Virus record (IMG/VR): IMGVR_UViG_3300048599_000301
Coordinates: 1 to 59,259 of that record
Strand: one strand, 5' to 3'
Length of the DNA: 59,259 bases
Source: a virus
Lineage: Duplodnaviria > Caudoviricetes
This document shows, piece by piece, positions 9,580 through 20,020 of the stretch. The position numbers and the translations under genes were made by a program. The stretch's first letter is position 1. Each line of letters starts with the position of its first letter. The notes below the pieces were generated by a model. That model did not search any database, had not been told where the DNA came from, and worked only from the letters and a program-made list of their open reading frames with translations.

Positions 9580-9952
9580 TGGGCACCTCCGGCCACTTGC
9601 CGAGCGGGCATTTCCAGACGCGGCCCATTACCTTCGCCTTGAGAAAACATCCGCAACTGGAGTGCGTGCACCGCCACTGGTCTCGCAAGAGTAGTTCGCA
9701 ACCGTCGCAGATCCTGAGCCGCTCCTCGTACTGCTCGCGGGTCACGGTTCGGCAGCCGTCGGCCACGAATTCAAGCAGGGCTTTGGCGAGGTTCCAGGCC
9801 ATGCGGAGCGCGCTGGGGAGTCGCAAGTCGACGGCCGCGTCTTGCGGTTCCGAGCAGGCGCGAAATGGTGGAATGCCGGGATTCCTCACGGTGAATCCGC
9901 ACCGCTTACACCGGATGTTCTCGCCGATCGTTTCGAAGTCACAGGATGTCAT
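9566..9952 (-). CDS. Cys-rich small protein (DUF6171-like)
   Basis: RLRICDGC...CGCFLKAK...CPLGKW. Confidence 0.65.
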   Translation of the reverse strand: MTSCDFETIGENIRCKRCGFTVRNPGIPPFRACSEPQDAAVDLRLPSALRMAWNLAKALLEFVADGCRTVTREQYEERLRICDGCELLLRDQWRCTHSSCGCFLKAKVMGRVWKCPLGKWPEVPNASD

Positions 9953-11055
9953 AAAAGCGATCGTAGGTGAACGGTCTCAGGGAACGCGCAGTCGGTGTAC
10001 GGCTGCATCTCTGGCGGCAATGCTGCCTGCGACAGGTCGTCGTCAAATCCCGTACAGTACGGCGGTGAATCAAATGCCTTTTCCCACGCCACGTACTTGG
10101 CGGGGTACCACGGCGGATACTGATAGGTGAAAGTAAGCAGAAATTGAATGCGGTAGAGCGATTCGCTGTCAGAGATCAGGTGGAGACTGCTAGCGCAGAT
10201 CACGTCGCCGCATCTTGGGAAGGCATACCCAAAGTACGCGCACGAGTTTGGATACCACGGCGGCATGTACATGTTGCCAAAGTAGTAGGCCCCGTTAAAC
10301 GGGACGCAGTCGCATGCGCCTAGCTGGCGTGTAATGCCATTGACGAGCACCTCGTATCCGTTGCGCGGCTCACGGCTGTTGGCGCAGTAGATGCATCCAG
10401 GCACGCCCTGTTCGCATTCGCGGCACCCGGCCCTCACCTCCTCGAACGGTTCTTGGGTCGCAACGCGATAGGTCGCCGAATAGCCGTAGTTGCCTCCAGT
10501 TTGTGGCGGGTTAAGCTTCGCTGTGGTCGAAATCCTGGGGATGAAATCCGGAGCCGAGAAGACGTAAGAACTTCTTCCGCTTATGCCAGCCTGCTCATAG
10601 CCAGTCGTCCCGGAGATGGTCGTGCCGTTGTAGCAGATCTCGATATAAGCGGTCACGGGGCCTGTTCCGCCTAGAAGACCAGCCCGCATAAGAATCCAGC
10701 GATCGAGGGCAACTTCGCCGTTGATGATAAGTTGCAGCCGCCCGCCAATCTCGCCTTCTGGCGTGAACCCGTAGCAGCCCTTCAGCAGGAAGTAGACGCT
10801 ATCGTCGTCACTCACGGATATTCTTAGTTCAGCCGGCCACCAGTCCGCCGTACGCGCAATGCCGCCGCAGTCGATGGTTGCCTGGAGGTAGGCGTAGAAC
10901 TTGTTCGGCAAGGAGAGGTCGTATGGCTGAGATTCTTCAATGGCTTCCGTTACACCGGCGGCGACAGTCAATGAATAGTCACCGATGACGCATCCAAACG
11001 TATTTGTGCACGCCTTCCAGCACCCGCAACAGTAGCAACGTCTTCGGTGGCTCAT
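9949..11055 (-). CDS. Cys/Tyr-rich putative tail-tip or host-range protein
   Basis: N-terminal CYCCGC; lower GC than neighbours; coupled to flanking genes. Confidence 0.55.
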   Translation of the reverse strand: MSHRRRCYCCGCWKACTNTFGCVIGDYSLTVAAGVTEAIEESQPYDLSLPNKFYAYLQATIDCGGIARTADWWPAELRISVSDDDSVYFLLKGCYGFTPEGEIGGRLQLIINGEVALDRWILMRAGLLGGTGPVTAYIEICYNGTTISGTTGYEQAGISGRSSYVFSAPDFIPRISTTAKLNPPQTGGNYGYSATYRVATQEPFEEVRAGCRECEQGVPGCIYCANSREPRNGYEVLVNGITRQLGACDCVPFNGAYYFGNMYMPPWYPNSCAYFGYAFPRCGDVICASSLHLISDSESLYRIQFLLTFTYQYPPWYPAKYVAWEKAFDSPPYCTGFDDDLSQAALPPEMQPYTDCAFPETVHLRSLL

Positions 11056-11828
11056 GACGTCGTGCTCGCCTCGCAATCCATGTCGTCAATGACCCAGCAT
11101 CCGGCCTCCACATCCCAATACGCGTGCCCCTTCGTGCCGGTCTCGGCATCAGGCCACCAGTCAAATGAGTCGGTCGCGGCGAAGTCATTTCCGCTGTCGA
11201 CTGTCGCCTTCTTGGTCGTCGGGTCGACCTGCCACCAGCGGACGGAAACAGTGCCGCCCTTGCTGAAGGAGGTCGTCAGCTTGAAGAATCGCGGCGGTGG
11301 CAACTGGCCGAGCTGCACATAGGCCCACACGCTGCCCGTCCCCGATTCTTTCTTGATGATCCTCGCTGTACCACCGGAACCAGCCTTGAGGCCCGTGGCG
11401 TCGCCGGGGATCACCTCGGCGTACGTCGCGTTCTCGTCTTCGACGACGATCTTGACCGGACAGCCGCCGGCGATGCAGCCGCGGCCGATCTTCCCAGCCC
11501 GGATCGGCTCGAGAAGGACCGCGAACTTCCCGCGGTGGGCGGCGGCCGGGGTGACGCCGTGAATGATCTTCTCGCCGAACTTGAAGGCGCTCGTGTCACC
11601 AGGCTCTGGCCAAACGTCGGAGATTCCCAAGACTTCACCAGTAAAACGATCCTCGGAAGAATCGTTTTGGACTTCGACCGAGCCGGCGGCAGGGCCACCG
11701 GACAAAGAAAAATCCCCTGTCCGATTGCGAAGCTCGCGGATGAAAAGCAGCGCGTCGAGCATCTCGCTATAGACGGATGCCGGGATGCTCAGTCGCTGGC
11801 CTGGGAATGGCTTCTCAAAGTCGGTCAT
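11052..11828 (-). CDS. Putative tail protein
   Basis: Operon position; FAVLLEPIRAGKIGR motif. Confidence 0.55.
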   Translation of the reverse strand: MTDFEKPFPGQRLSIPASVYSEMLDALLFIRELRNRTGDFSLSGGPAAGSVEVQNDSSEDRFTGEVLGISDVWPEPGDTSAFKFGEKIIHGVTPAAAHRGKFAVLLEPIRAGKIGRGCIAGGCPVKIVVEDENATYAEVIPGDATGLKAGSGGTARIIKKESGTGSVWAYVQLGQLPPPRFFKLTTSFSKGGTVSVRWWQVDPTTKKATVDSGNDFAATDSFDWWPDAETGTKGHAYWDVEAGCWVIDDMDCEASTTS

Positions 11829-12640
11829 CGGCCGACCCCCAACAGGTTGAAATTCGCGGAGTCGTAGACCCGTTCAACGTGGGCCGCGACCGGCTGTTTG
11901 GCCTTGCGCACGGCCGTCTTGTCTTCGACCGTCTCATATTCGTACCAGAGGTACTGCCACCCCTTCTTGTCGATGTCCTTGATGTCGCCGGCCGTGACCC
12001 CCTCGACGTCGTCGGATTGGGTGAAGTGATAGGTGACCTCCAATTTGCCGGGATCTTTACTGGACTGGCCACCCTGGGCACCGTCAAAACGGACCTGGCC
12101 AGCGGGGAACCCGCGGAACGATGCGTAGTTCACATGCGCGGTAATCGCCTTGAGGATCTGGCTGTAGCTCCACCCGACACGCTTGGCATTGAGCGTGTGC
12201 GTCTCCGTCCACTTGAAGGCCGGAATGACGATCTCGACGCCCTCGACTTCTCCCTTCTCCTTGACCCCGATCGCGCCCTTGTGATTGGGTGGCGTCTTGT
12301 CTGATGGTGCGTAGCTCTTGACGTGCTGCTTGGCCTGGGTAATCTTGGCCGTTCCGCCCGTCGTGTCGAAGTTCCAACGGTATTCCCCGCTGTCCGGGTC
12401 CGACTGCTGGATCGGCCCATAGGGCACATCAACCCACCAGATCTTGAATCCTTTGGAAATCAACTTGACGTCCTGACGCCACAGCCCGGCGACCATCGGC
12501 GCCGTATTCAGCACCGCGTAGGCTATCGCCACCGACCGTTCGAAGATCCCGGCGAGAACGTACTTCAGCGTGATCGCACGGGGATTTGCCGACGTTTCGC
12601 CGCTGTCAGGCCGTTCTCCCCAGGTAATGACGTCAGACAT
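11825..12640 (-). CDS. Putative distal tail protein
   Basis: Immediately follows the tape measure gene; VNYASFRGFPAGQVRFDG, KKGWQYLW. Confidence 0.6.
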   Translation of the reverse strand: MSDVITWGERPDSGETSANPRAITLKYVLAGIFERSVAIAYAVLNTAPMVAGLWRQDVKLISKGFKIWWVDVPYGPIQQSDPDSGEYRWNFDTTGGTAKITQAKQHVKSYAPSDKTPPNHKGAIGVKEKGEVEGVEIVIPAFKWTETHTLNAKRVGWSYSQILKAITAHVNYASFRGFPAGQVRFDGAQGGQSSKDPGKLEVTYHFTQSDDVEGVTAGDIKDIDKKGWQYLWYEYETVEDKTAVRKAKQPVAAHVERVYDSANFNLLGVGR

Positions 12641-12647
12641 GGTTGGC

Positions 12648-15600
12648 TCAGGTGAAGTAGGGGCCTACAAGCTTGAGGAGCTGAATGGCTTGCTGCTGCA
12701 AGGTATTCATGAGGTTCACGGCCTCGGCGGTCCGCTCGGTGGCTTTGGCGGTGCGCTCTTCGGCCGATCCGGTTCCCATCATGCCAGCGGCGTAGCCGGA
12801 GAACGTGCCGGCAACGCTGATCTTGTCGCTGATCCCGGCGTAGTCGATCTTGGGCAACCCGCCCGGCATCGCGGCCGAACCTCCGCCGAGGGCTGCGTCT
12901 GCTTTGCGGCGGCTCGCAGAGGCACGCTTTCGGGCGTCGTCAAGTTCCTTCTGCGCGGCGGCGAGGTCTTTTTGGGCCTTGTCGATCGCCCCTTGGCGGC
13001 CACTGGCGGCCGTGCCGGCCCCGGCTCCGAGCCGATCCTCTTCGCGTTTGCGTTCGGCCTCGATCTCGTCCGCCCGGCGTTTGGTGTCCGCGTCGATGTT
13101 TGCCGTTTCATTGGGCAGGTTCTTGCGGCCACGTTCCATGTCCTCCTTCAGCGTCTGCCGGACCTGGTCGACGGGAACACCCTGCATCTTGGCGAAGATC
13201 GGAGCTAACCAGTCGGCCAAGGTTTCGGTGAATCCGGAGGTCTTGAAGCCAGCCCACGCCTTGCGCAGCCAGCCGATCGCCTCGCCCCAGATCGTCTTGA
13301 ACTTCGCGGTGAAGTTGTTGAGGATCAGGAGGGAACCGGTCCACAGTTCGTTCCAGAACGATTTGAATTCCCACCATCGCTCCTGGACGTAATTGACGGT
13401 CCGTTGCCATTCGAGCTTGACGAAGGCCGAAGCCACGCCCATGGCGGCCTGGATGTCGCCGGCGGCGATCGCGTCGGAGATTCCCGCGTAGGCGGCCTGG
13501 GCATCGGCCGAGACGTTGGCCCACCCGGTCTTGAGGTCCGACCAGAGAACAGAAGCCCCCGCAGAGACGCCCTGCCAGACCGTGGCGAAATTTCGGCCGA
13601 CCGTTCCGGCGAGATTGGCCAGGAGGGAACCGGCCTGGCTGGCAAACGATGCGATACTCGAGACTCCCGACGCCACACCCTTACTGATCGAGTCGGCAAC
13701 CGCGCTGGCCATGTTCTTGAGACTGGGGAGGAAGGCAGCCAACAGAGCCCGACCGGCATAGACGGCAGCCACAGCCACGCCAGCGACGATGACGCCCGTC
13801 AGGATGGCTGGCAAGGCTGCGGAGAGCCCGGCCAGGGCCGTGGTGAACCCGCTCATGAGAAGCGACGGCAGAGCCGACCAGGCCGTGAAGGCCAAGCGTC
13901 CGGCGGTCGCAACCACAGAGTTGATCAGGGCCGGCAAGGTCTTGAGAGTCGACCAGGCCGCAACGATCATGCCCGGGGCGGCGGTCCAGGCCACAGTGAT
14001 GATCCGCACGGCCCCGGTCCAGATGGCGACCGTGGCGCCGGCCACTGCTTCCACTCCAGCAAACCAAAGGTTGATAGCAGGAATGATCGCCTGGGGGATG
14101 GCGAGTATCCCAGTCATCACGGCAACGATCCCGGAGCTGATGACGGGGATGGCCATGCTGACGCCGGAGTAGATCGCGCTGACGGCGGCCATCAAAGCAC
14201 TTCCGACCGGGCCCGCGGCCACAGCGGCGGCCCGTGCGGATCCGGCAATGGCCAGGAAGCCCGTGGCGGCAAGTCGACCGGCCGCAGCGGTTCCGAGGAT
14301 GGCCGTCCTGGCCAACCGCATGCCGGCGGCCAGGAGTCCCACCGACCCGTAGGCTGCGGACGTCGCCCCTCGCAATACGAACACCGACACGGCCGCTAGC
14401 CTCGTCGTGACGGCCCACGCCCCCGTCAATACCACGGCCGCCCGAACAAGGCCGATCGTACCCGCCAGGAGCGACGAGAACCCGCCGAGCGCAAAGGCTG
14501 CCAGTTTCAAAGAAGTTCCGACCGCGATAAACCCAACACTCACAGCGGATGCGGCGATCGCCCCCATTGCAATTTTCCCGACGATGTCGCGGTAGCGGCT
14601 GAGAAACTCAACCAGGACTGGCCCGACGGTCGTTACAACGCGGCCGATCCGCTCGAAAGGTTTGGCGATCGATTCGCCGATGGCGGAAAAGACCGCGGTG
14701 CCGACCTGCATGATCTTGGCCAAAAAGCTGTTGATGCCGCCGTTCATCTTCCGGAATGCGTTTTCCGTGGCTCCAGCCTTCCCGCCCATCAATCCAACGT
14801 CCTTGGCAAACCCTGCCATGTCGCCGCGCAGGGCAAGGATTCCACGAAGGCCGCGAACATCGGGGAACATCTGCGCGAGTTGTGCGGGGCTGGCCGTCGA
14901 CAGCTTCTGCATCGTTCCAAGCAGCCCCTCGGTCTGCAACTGGGCGACGCTCAACTGGACCCCAAACCGTTTCGCCGCTGCGGCCCCGTCATCAGTTGGC
15001 TTCAGGAACTCAGAGAGGATGTTTTGAAGGGCGGTGACAGCCAGGTCGGCTTTCATGCCGTTACGGGTCATGGTGGCGATCGAGGCGCCCATCTCGTCCA
15101 TGCTGATGCCCGCGGCATTGGATGTTGCAGTCACGGCGCCGATATACTCGGCCAGCTCGGGGAAGGTCACCACGCCCCGCTTGACTGTCATAAAGAGCAT
15201 GTCCGAGACTTCGGCGGCGCGTTCGGCCGGGATGTGGTAGGCGTTCAGGATGTTGACCAGGGCGGCCGTCGCCGTGGCCGTGTCCGTCATGCCGGCCTTG
15301 GCCATCTTGACGGTTTGGGTCAGGACGCCGAGGGCTTTTTCGGGCGGGACGCTCGCCGACAGCAGATCGTAGAGGCCTTTGGCCAGTGTCTCCGTCGATT
15401 CGCCGAACTGAATCGACAGGGCCCGCAGCCCGGACTTGTAGGCCCCCATGAACGATTCGGGATCGTCCAGCATCGTGGAGACCATCTTGAGTTGCTTCTC
15501 AAAGTCGCCGGCCGCCTTTAGCCCGAGGGCGAAGGGGACCAGTGAAAAGGCCGACCAGCGAAGCATGCTCTTTCCGAAGGTCGCCATCCCGTCGCCCCAA

Positions 15601-15707
15601 TCCCGCAGGCGACGCTTGGCTTCGGCAAGGCCCTTGAACAATGCCGAGTTCTTCACGTAGAGCTCGACAAATGCCCGTCCGGCTTGGATGTCTGATCGGC
15701 CTGCCAT
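12648..15707 (-). CDS. Tail tape measure protein (TP901-like core)
   Basis: 1019 aa Ala-rich helical; GLYDLLSA...GVVTFPELA; central hydrophobic segments. Confidence 0.9.
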   Translation of the reverse strand: MAGRSDIQAGRAFVELYVKNSALFKGLAEAKRRLRDWGDGMATFGKSMLRWSAFSLVPFALGLKAAGDFEKQLKMVSTMLDDPESFMGAYKSGLRALSIQFGESTETLAKGLYDLLSASVPPEKALGVLTQTVKMAKAGMTDTATATAALVNILNAYHIPAERAAEVSDMLFMTVKRGVVTFPELAEYIGAVTATSNAAGISMDEMGASIATMTRNGMKADLAVTALQNILSEFLKPTDDGAAAAKRFGVQLSVAQLQTEGLLGTMQKLSTASPAQLAQMFPDVRGLRGILALRGDMAGFAKDVGLMGGKAGATENAFRKMNGGINSFLAKIMQVGTAVFSAIGESIAKPFERIGRVVTTVGPVLVEFLSRYRDIVGKIAMGAIAASAVSVGFIAVGTSLKLAAFALGGFSSLLAGTIGLVRAAVVLTGAWAVTTRLAAVSVFVLRGATSAAYGSVGLLAAGMRLARTAILGTAAAGRLAATGFLAIAGSARAAAVAAGPVGSALMAAVSAIYSGVSMAIPVISSGIVAVMTGILAIPQAIIPAINLWFAGVEAVAGATVAIWTGAVRIITVAWTAAPGMIVAAWSTLKTLPALINSVVATAGRLAFTAWSALPSLLMSGFTTALAGLSAALPAILTGVIVAGVAVAAVYAGRALLAAFLPSLKNMASAVADSISKGVASGVSSIASFASQAGSLLANLAGTVGRNFATVWQGVSAGASVLWSDLKTGWANVSADAQAAYAGISDAIAAGDIQAAMGVASAFVKLEWQRTVNYVQERWWEFKSFWNELWTGSLLILNNFTAKFKTIWGEAIGWLRKAWAGFKTSGFTETLADWLAPIFAKMQGVPVDQVRQTLKEDMERGRKNLPNETANIDADTKRRADEIEAERKREEDRLGAGAGTAASGRQGAIDKAQKDLAAAQKELDDARKRASASRRKADAALGGGSAAMPGGLPKIDYAGISDKISVAGTFSGYAAGMMGTGSAEERTAKATERTAEAVNLMNTLQQQAIQLLKLVGPYFT

Positions 15708-15723
15708 ATCACCTCAACTCAGC

Positions 15724-15951
15724 TCAGTAAAACTTCCCGGTGGCGATTTGCTCCAACAGATCCTCGTTGTACGGGATCCAGTTGGCCGGCTTCTGGGGCT
15801 TTGGCTTCTTGGCCAGCGGATTGAATTCCGCGTCGACGTAGGGAACGGGATGCGACTCGGGATCTCTGTAGGGCTCGGCCAGGAGGCGAGCAAGGGTCGC
15901 CGTGTGATCCCATCGGGCCTCGGCCAGCCACCACAGTTCCCGCATCGTCAT
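15724..15951 (-). CDS. Tail assembly chaperone, T segment (-1 frame of the upstream gene)
   Basis: Between chaperone and tape measure; ATGA overlap with the 15948 stop; frame open to 16302. Confidence 0.55.
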   Translation of the reverse strand: MTMRELWWLAEARWDHTATLARLLAEPYRDPESHPVPYVDAEFNPLAKKPKPQKPANWIPYNEDLLEQIATGKFY

Positions 15952-16463
15952 GGGGTCGGGATTGACGACTCCGGCCCACCCGGCGAGCTGGTAGCAGAAC
16001 GCAATCGGTTCAGGGCGTCTTCCAGTTCCGCCGTTAGCCGCGTCTTCATCGCGTCGACAATCTGATCCTCCAGCCCCTGGTCCTCCAGCTGCGCCATCGC
16101 CAGAGCGTCCGCTTTCTTCCGAACATGCGCCGTCTTCTCCGCGATCCTCTTGAGGATCTCGCGGCGACGGCTCGGGAAAAAATCCACTTTGGCCTCCAGT
16201 AGCGCGGCTGTAGCGGCGTCGATCGGATCGCCGACCATGGACTGGCCAAAGTCGACGTCCGAAACGTTTCGCCCCTTGGCATCCTGTTCGATCAGGACCC
16301 AAAGCACATCGACCAAGAGGGCCGGATCCGCGTCGAGCTGCTCTTCGACCTTCCCGCTCAGGTCGGCCAGGTCAATGCCCAGGCGGCTGCGCACGGCCTT
16401 GATGGCGCCCACGTCGATCCGTAGCGTCCAGGGTCGGTTTTGGTTGTCGGTAAAAGTCTTCAC
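15948..16463 (-). CDS. Tail assembly chaperone (gpG-like)
   Basis: Position upstream of the tape measure; GTG start with AGAGG RBS. Confidence 0.7.
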   Translation of the reverse strand: MKTFTDNQNRPWTLRIDVGAIKAVRSRLGIDLADLSGKVEEQLDADPALLVDVLWVLIEQDAKGRNVSDVDFGQSMVGDPIDAATAALLEAKVDFFPSRRREILKRIAEKTAHVRKKADALAMAQLEDQGLEDQIVDAMKTRLTAELEDALNRLRSATSSPGGPESSIPTP

Positions 16464-16529
16464 AGGTCGTCTTTCCTCTTTTCAAACGATTGGACTGTGC
16501 CCGCCGATTGACTGTAGACCGGCCATCCG

Positions 16530-17150
16530 TCAGGGCGTGGCGTCTTCCAGACTGGCAATCGTGAGGGTAGCGACCCCCGTGGAATCGCCGTTGCTGGCCA
16601 TGGTCTTGGTGATTGGATTGCCTGCGAACGGGTTGGCGATCCCGCTGTCGGAATCCCACCCGTAGGGCGAATTCTCCTTCAGCTCGATCGGTTCAACCGA
16701 CGCGCCTCCCGCATCCTGGAGGTCGACGTGGGCCCGCTTCGTTGCGGCCATGCCGATCATCACCACGGCATCGCCGTCGATCGGCGTATTGACCTGGACT
16801 TGGTTGGCAATCGTGCAGGCGGTTGCGCTGGCAGGCAATGCGTCTCCGGCGCCGCCACTGATCGCGACCGAGTTGGCGGTGACGTCGACCGTGCAGCCAT
16901 AGCGGACGCCGCCGGCCCAAAAGAGGTCGGCCGTGCCGTCTTCCAGAGTGTGGCCTTCGGGCAGGGTTGCGGTTGCTGTGGCATCACCATTGTTAGTGAA
17001 GTTGGCGCCGGCGATCGCGTTGGCTGGGGGGAGGTTGATGGGCGCGGCCGAATCGCCAAAGACCTTGAGCCCATCGGCGTTCTTGGTGACGTTCCGCGTC
17101 AGCGAAACGGGGCCGATCTGGATAATCGTGCTGTTCGTGCCGGATGGCAT
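16530..17150 (-). CDS. Putative virion structural protein
   Basis: Beta-rich protein between tail tube and chaperone. Confidence 0.55.
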   Translation of the reverse strand: MPSGTNSTIIQIGPVSLTRNVTKNADGLKVFGDSAAPINLPPANAIAGANFTNNGDATATATLPEGHTLEDGTADLFWAGGVRYGCTVDVTANSVAISGGAGDALPASATACTIANQVQVNTPIDGDAVVMIGMAATKRAHVDLQDAGGASVEPIELKENSPYGWDSDSGIANPFAGNPITKTMASNGDSTGVATLTIASLEDATP

Positions 17151-17230
17151 GGAAAGTACTCCGTATAACCGAGTGGTCTCTTTTGGTGAAAACGCGACGA
17201 AGCAAACGAGCGGGAAGCAAACGAGCAGCG

Positions 17231-17665
17231 TCAGACGAGCAGCTTGGGAATGCGGCCCGCCTGGTCGGTCGGCTCGGCCGTGAATTGAATGGTCTGCTTG
17301 TCGCCTTGGGGCATGCCCTGCTTGGCGTCGAGAATCACGTCGCCATCATACCCCTTGCCGGTCTTGGACGATTTACTGCGAAACGCCACAGGGGCTCCGG
17401 TAGTCGCCGCCGCCTGCAGTGCCGCGAGCGTCGTGTCATCGTCCTTTTGCAGCATCGTCCATCCGATCGAAACGGTAAGCTTCACAACGCGGGCCGTGCC
17501 GATCGGCACGGATTCGCCATCGCCGGCGACCGTCGTATCGCCGGTTTCCTTGCCGATGTCGTAATTCTTGTCGGTGATGTTGACCAACTGGTTGGTTGCC
17601 ACGGCGCCGGCGGGCCCGTAGTAGAAGGCACCCTCGTACCCCATTTTGGTATTCTTCTCGGCCAT
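17231..17665 (-). CDS. Major tail (tube) protein
   Basis: 144 aa; KMGYEGAFYYG N-terminus; position after the tail terminator. Confidence 0.7.
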   Translation of the reverse strand: MAEKNTKMGYEGAFYYGPAGAVATNQLVNITDKNYDIGKETGDTTVAGDGESVPIGTARVVKLTVSIGWTMLQKDDDTTLAALQAAATTGAPVAFRSKSSKTGKGYDGDVILDAKQGMPQGDKQTIQFTAEPTDQAGRIPKLLV

Positions 17666-17702
17666 GGTTCATGTCCTTTCTGTGGAGTGGTTGGTGGTTG
17701 AA

Positions 17703-18092
17703 CTATTCGCCGATCGACCCTCTCCAGTCGTCGGCGAATCTGGTCGTGTTGGCTTCCATCGCCGGCCCCATCGTCGGCCGGTCGGGGTATTTCTGGCCCT
17801 TGTACTCTTTGCCGTGTTCGTGCGCGCTCATCGCCTCGCCGATCACGCTGGCTTGAAAACCGATCACGGCCGATTCCTTGTTCGCGTCGTACCGGACCGC
17901 CCGGCGGGCGAGACCCTTGCGCGTGTGAGGAGGATTCCCTACCTCGGCCGGATCTGGCGACGTCTCGATCGAGGCAACCGCCTCCTTGCGGATCGAGGCG
18001 GCGGCGTGACCGAGATTCCGATAGGCTGCCTTCTCGGCGGCTTTCTTCACCCGGTCGGTGCGATCTTCAGTCATGACGTTGATTCCGATCAT
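17703..18092 (-). CDS. Tail completion protein (HK97 gp10-like)
   Basis: HEHG...YPDRPTMGPA motif. Confidence 0.65.
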   Translation of the reverse strand: MIGINVMTEDRTDRVKKAAEKAAYRNLGHAAASIRKEAVASIETSPDPAEVGNPPHTRKGLARRAVRYDANKESAVIGFQASVIGEAMSAHEHGKEYKGQKYPDRPTMGPAMEANTTRFADDWRGSIGE

Positions 18093-18574
18093 CCCGCCAC
18101 CAGTTCTCTCTGTGTCGCGAACTCAACCCGAACAATCCCAGTAAACTGCCCCAACTCGCGGAGGTGACGTGGAACGTACCACACCCGGACCTCGGTCGAC
18201 TGCCACGCGGCATCGGGGTGTGCAGTCAGCCGCATTTCGATCAACGCCTCCGCGATCTGCTGGACCAACAGAATCAACTGGTCGATCTTGGCAATGTCGA
18301 TCGCACCGGATGCGTCTCGATCCGCCTGACCGAATTTCTTTCGCACGCCGATATCCACCGCAGAACGGTACTCGACCGATCCTTGCGTCTCCAAGCTGAT
18401 TGGAGCCTTCACGGGCACTACATCGACGTGGAGCGTGTCCAGGTCCTCAAGCTCGGTCTCGGTGTCGTAGCTGCGTACGGCGTCAAAAGGGAGCGTGAAC
18501 GTCTGGGGCTGTGCGTTCAGTTCCTCCTTGATCGCCTCGGCGACTGCGACCAGCTCGGCTTGCGGATCGGACAT
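18089..18574 (-). CDS. Putative tail terminator
   Basis: Position and size in the connector cluster. Confidence 0.55.
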   Translation of the reverse strand: MSDPQAELVAVAEAIKEELNAQPQTFTLPFDAVRSYDTETELEDLDTLHVDVVPVKAPISLETQGSVEYRSAVDIGVRKKFGQADRDASGAIDIAKIDQLILLVQQIAEALIEMRLTAHPDAAWQSTEVRVWYVPRHLRELGQFTGIVRVEFATQRELVAG

Positions 18575-18586
18575 GTTATACGGTTC

Positions 18587-18964
18587 CTATACGGTCCCTA
18601 CGTACTTCGTGTGGATCACCAGCCGGTTGCCTGCCGCGTCGGCCCATTCGACGACCGGTCGCTTGCCAAGCGGCACAACCTCGAACACATGGACCTGGCC
18701 AGCGACCGTGCGGCGGATCCGGTGGCCGGCCTTCGGCTCGACCTTCTGACCGGCGGCATTCTTCAGGGCCCCGGCGTCGACCAGGTAGTCGGTGGCCTGA
18801 ATGGTCGTCAAAAAGCCTTCCACGTCTTCGACCTGATAGTCCCGCTGGACCGCCTCGGCCGTGAGGCTGATTGCGCTGGCGCCGGCCAGGTAAACCGCAT
18901 CCTCGCCAAAGGCCTCGGCGAGCATGGAATCGGCAACAGCGAAATCAGCGTCGAAATTGGACAT
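18587..18964 (-). CDS. Head-tail joining protein
   Basis: FGEDAVY...PKAGHRI...IHTK; position. Confidence 0.6.
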   Translation of the reverse strand: MSNFDADFAVADSMLAEAFGEDAVYLAGASAISLTAEAVQRDYQVEDVEGFLTTIQATDYLVDAGALKNAAGQKVEPKAGHRIRRTVAGQVHVFEVVPLGKRPVVEWADAAGNRLVIHTKYVGTV

Positions 18965-19054
18965 GTAACCAAAAACTCCATCCACTCCAAAGGGCCCGGG
19001 CGGCCGGCAGCTCGGCGGGGACTGCCAGCCGCTCGCGGGCCGGAGGAACCAAAC

Positions 19055-20020
19055 TCATGCAGCCGCGGCCAAGTCGGTGCTGCGCACGGTGATCGACTCG
19101 ACGCGAACGTCCGCCGTGGTGTCGTCGGCCGTCTTCTCCATGTGGAAGAGGGCTTTGAGCGGGCCGGTAGCCGCTTCGAGCTTGAACGTGGATTCAGGCA
19201 AGACGTTCACGCCGTCGATGTAAAGCTGAACGTCGGCCGGGTTGCGGGCGTCGATCCACACCTCGAAGTAGGTGTCGTCGACCGCGTTGACCTCGGTGTC
19301 GGTCGCGGCGACTTCGTTGGTTCCGTCGTCGCTCTCGGCCTTGATGTCCAGGGCCGCGCCGTCGAGGTGGAAGAAGACGCTTTCGGCGATCTGGTCGGCG
19401 TCGCTGGCGTGGGTTTCCTTGGCCAGGCCGATGTTGATGTCGATCGCGGCGGCGTCGCCAATGTCGTAGACGGCCAGGCGGCCTTCCAGGATCGGGCCAT
19501 CGGCCGCGGCCACACTGGAGCGGCTCAAGGCGTCGAGCTTCTGGGCCTCGTTGGTCGCCGAGAAGGTGAAGGCGACGCCCGAGCCGGCCGGGTCGCGCGT
19601 GGCGGCCGGGGTGCCAGCGGTCTTGACGACCACGGTATCCCAGATGCCCTTGCCGAACTCGATCTGATAGACCGGCTGCTTGTTCAGCTCGACGACGACG
19701 GTTGTGTCGGCCGCGGCGGCGTCCAAGACGGCCGTGCCGATGTAGAAGCCACGGGCGGGACGGAGTGGGGTGGCGTAGTTGTTGGCCGTGTCCCACCAGA
19801 GCTTGCCGCCGGCCAAAACGCATTTGTTGGCGATCTTCGCCACGACGGCGGGACGCGTGACTTGGATCTCCGCCGGCTCCCCGGCGGGGATGGCCCGGAG
19901 GCCTTGGACGTAGCCGGCCCGGCCGTCGGCCAGTTGGATCACCTCGCCGCTGGCCAGGCCGCCGGTCGGCGCCAAGACGGTGACCGACTCGGCGTCTTTG
20001 TGAAGGGATGCTTCGGACAT
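19055..20020 (-). CDS. DUF2190-like capsid decoration protein with C-terminal extension
   Basis: LASGEVIQL...GKLWWD...IGTAVLDAAAADTTVVVELN; follows the capsid gene. Confidence 0.7.
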   Translation of the reverse strand: MSEASLHKDAESVTVLAPTGGLASGEVIQLADGRAGYVQGLRAIPAGEPAEIQVTRPAVVAKIANKCVLAGGKLWWDTANNYATPLRPARGFYIGTAVLDAAAADTTVVVELNKQPVYQIEFGKGIWDTVVVKTAGTPAATRDPAGSGVAFTFSATNEAQKLDALSRSSVAAADGPILEGRLAVYDIGDAAAIDINIGLAKETHASDADQIAESVFFHLDGAALDIKAESDDGTNEVAATDTEVNAVDDTYFEVWIDARNPADVQLYIDGVNVLPESTFKLEAATGPLKALFHMEKTADDTTADVRVESITVRSTDLAAAA

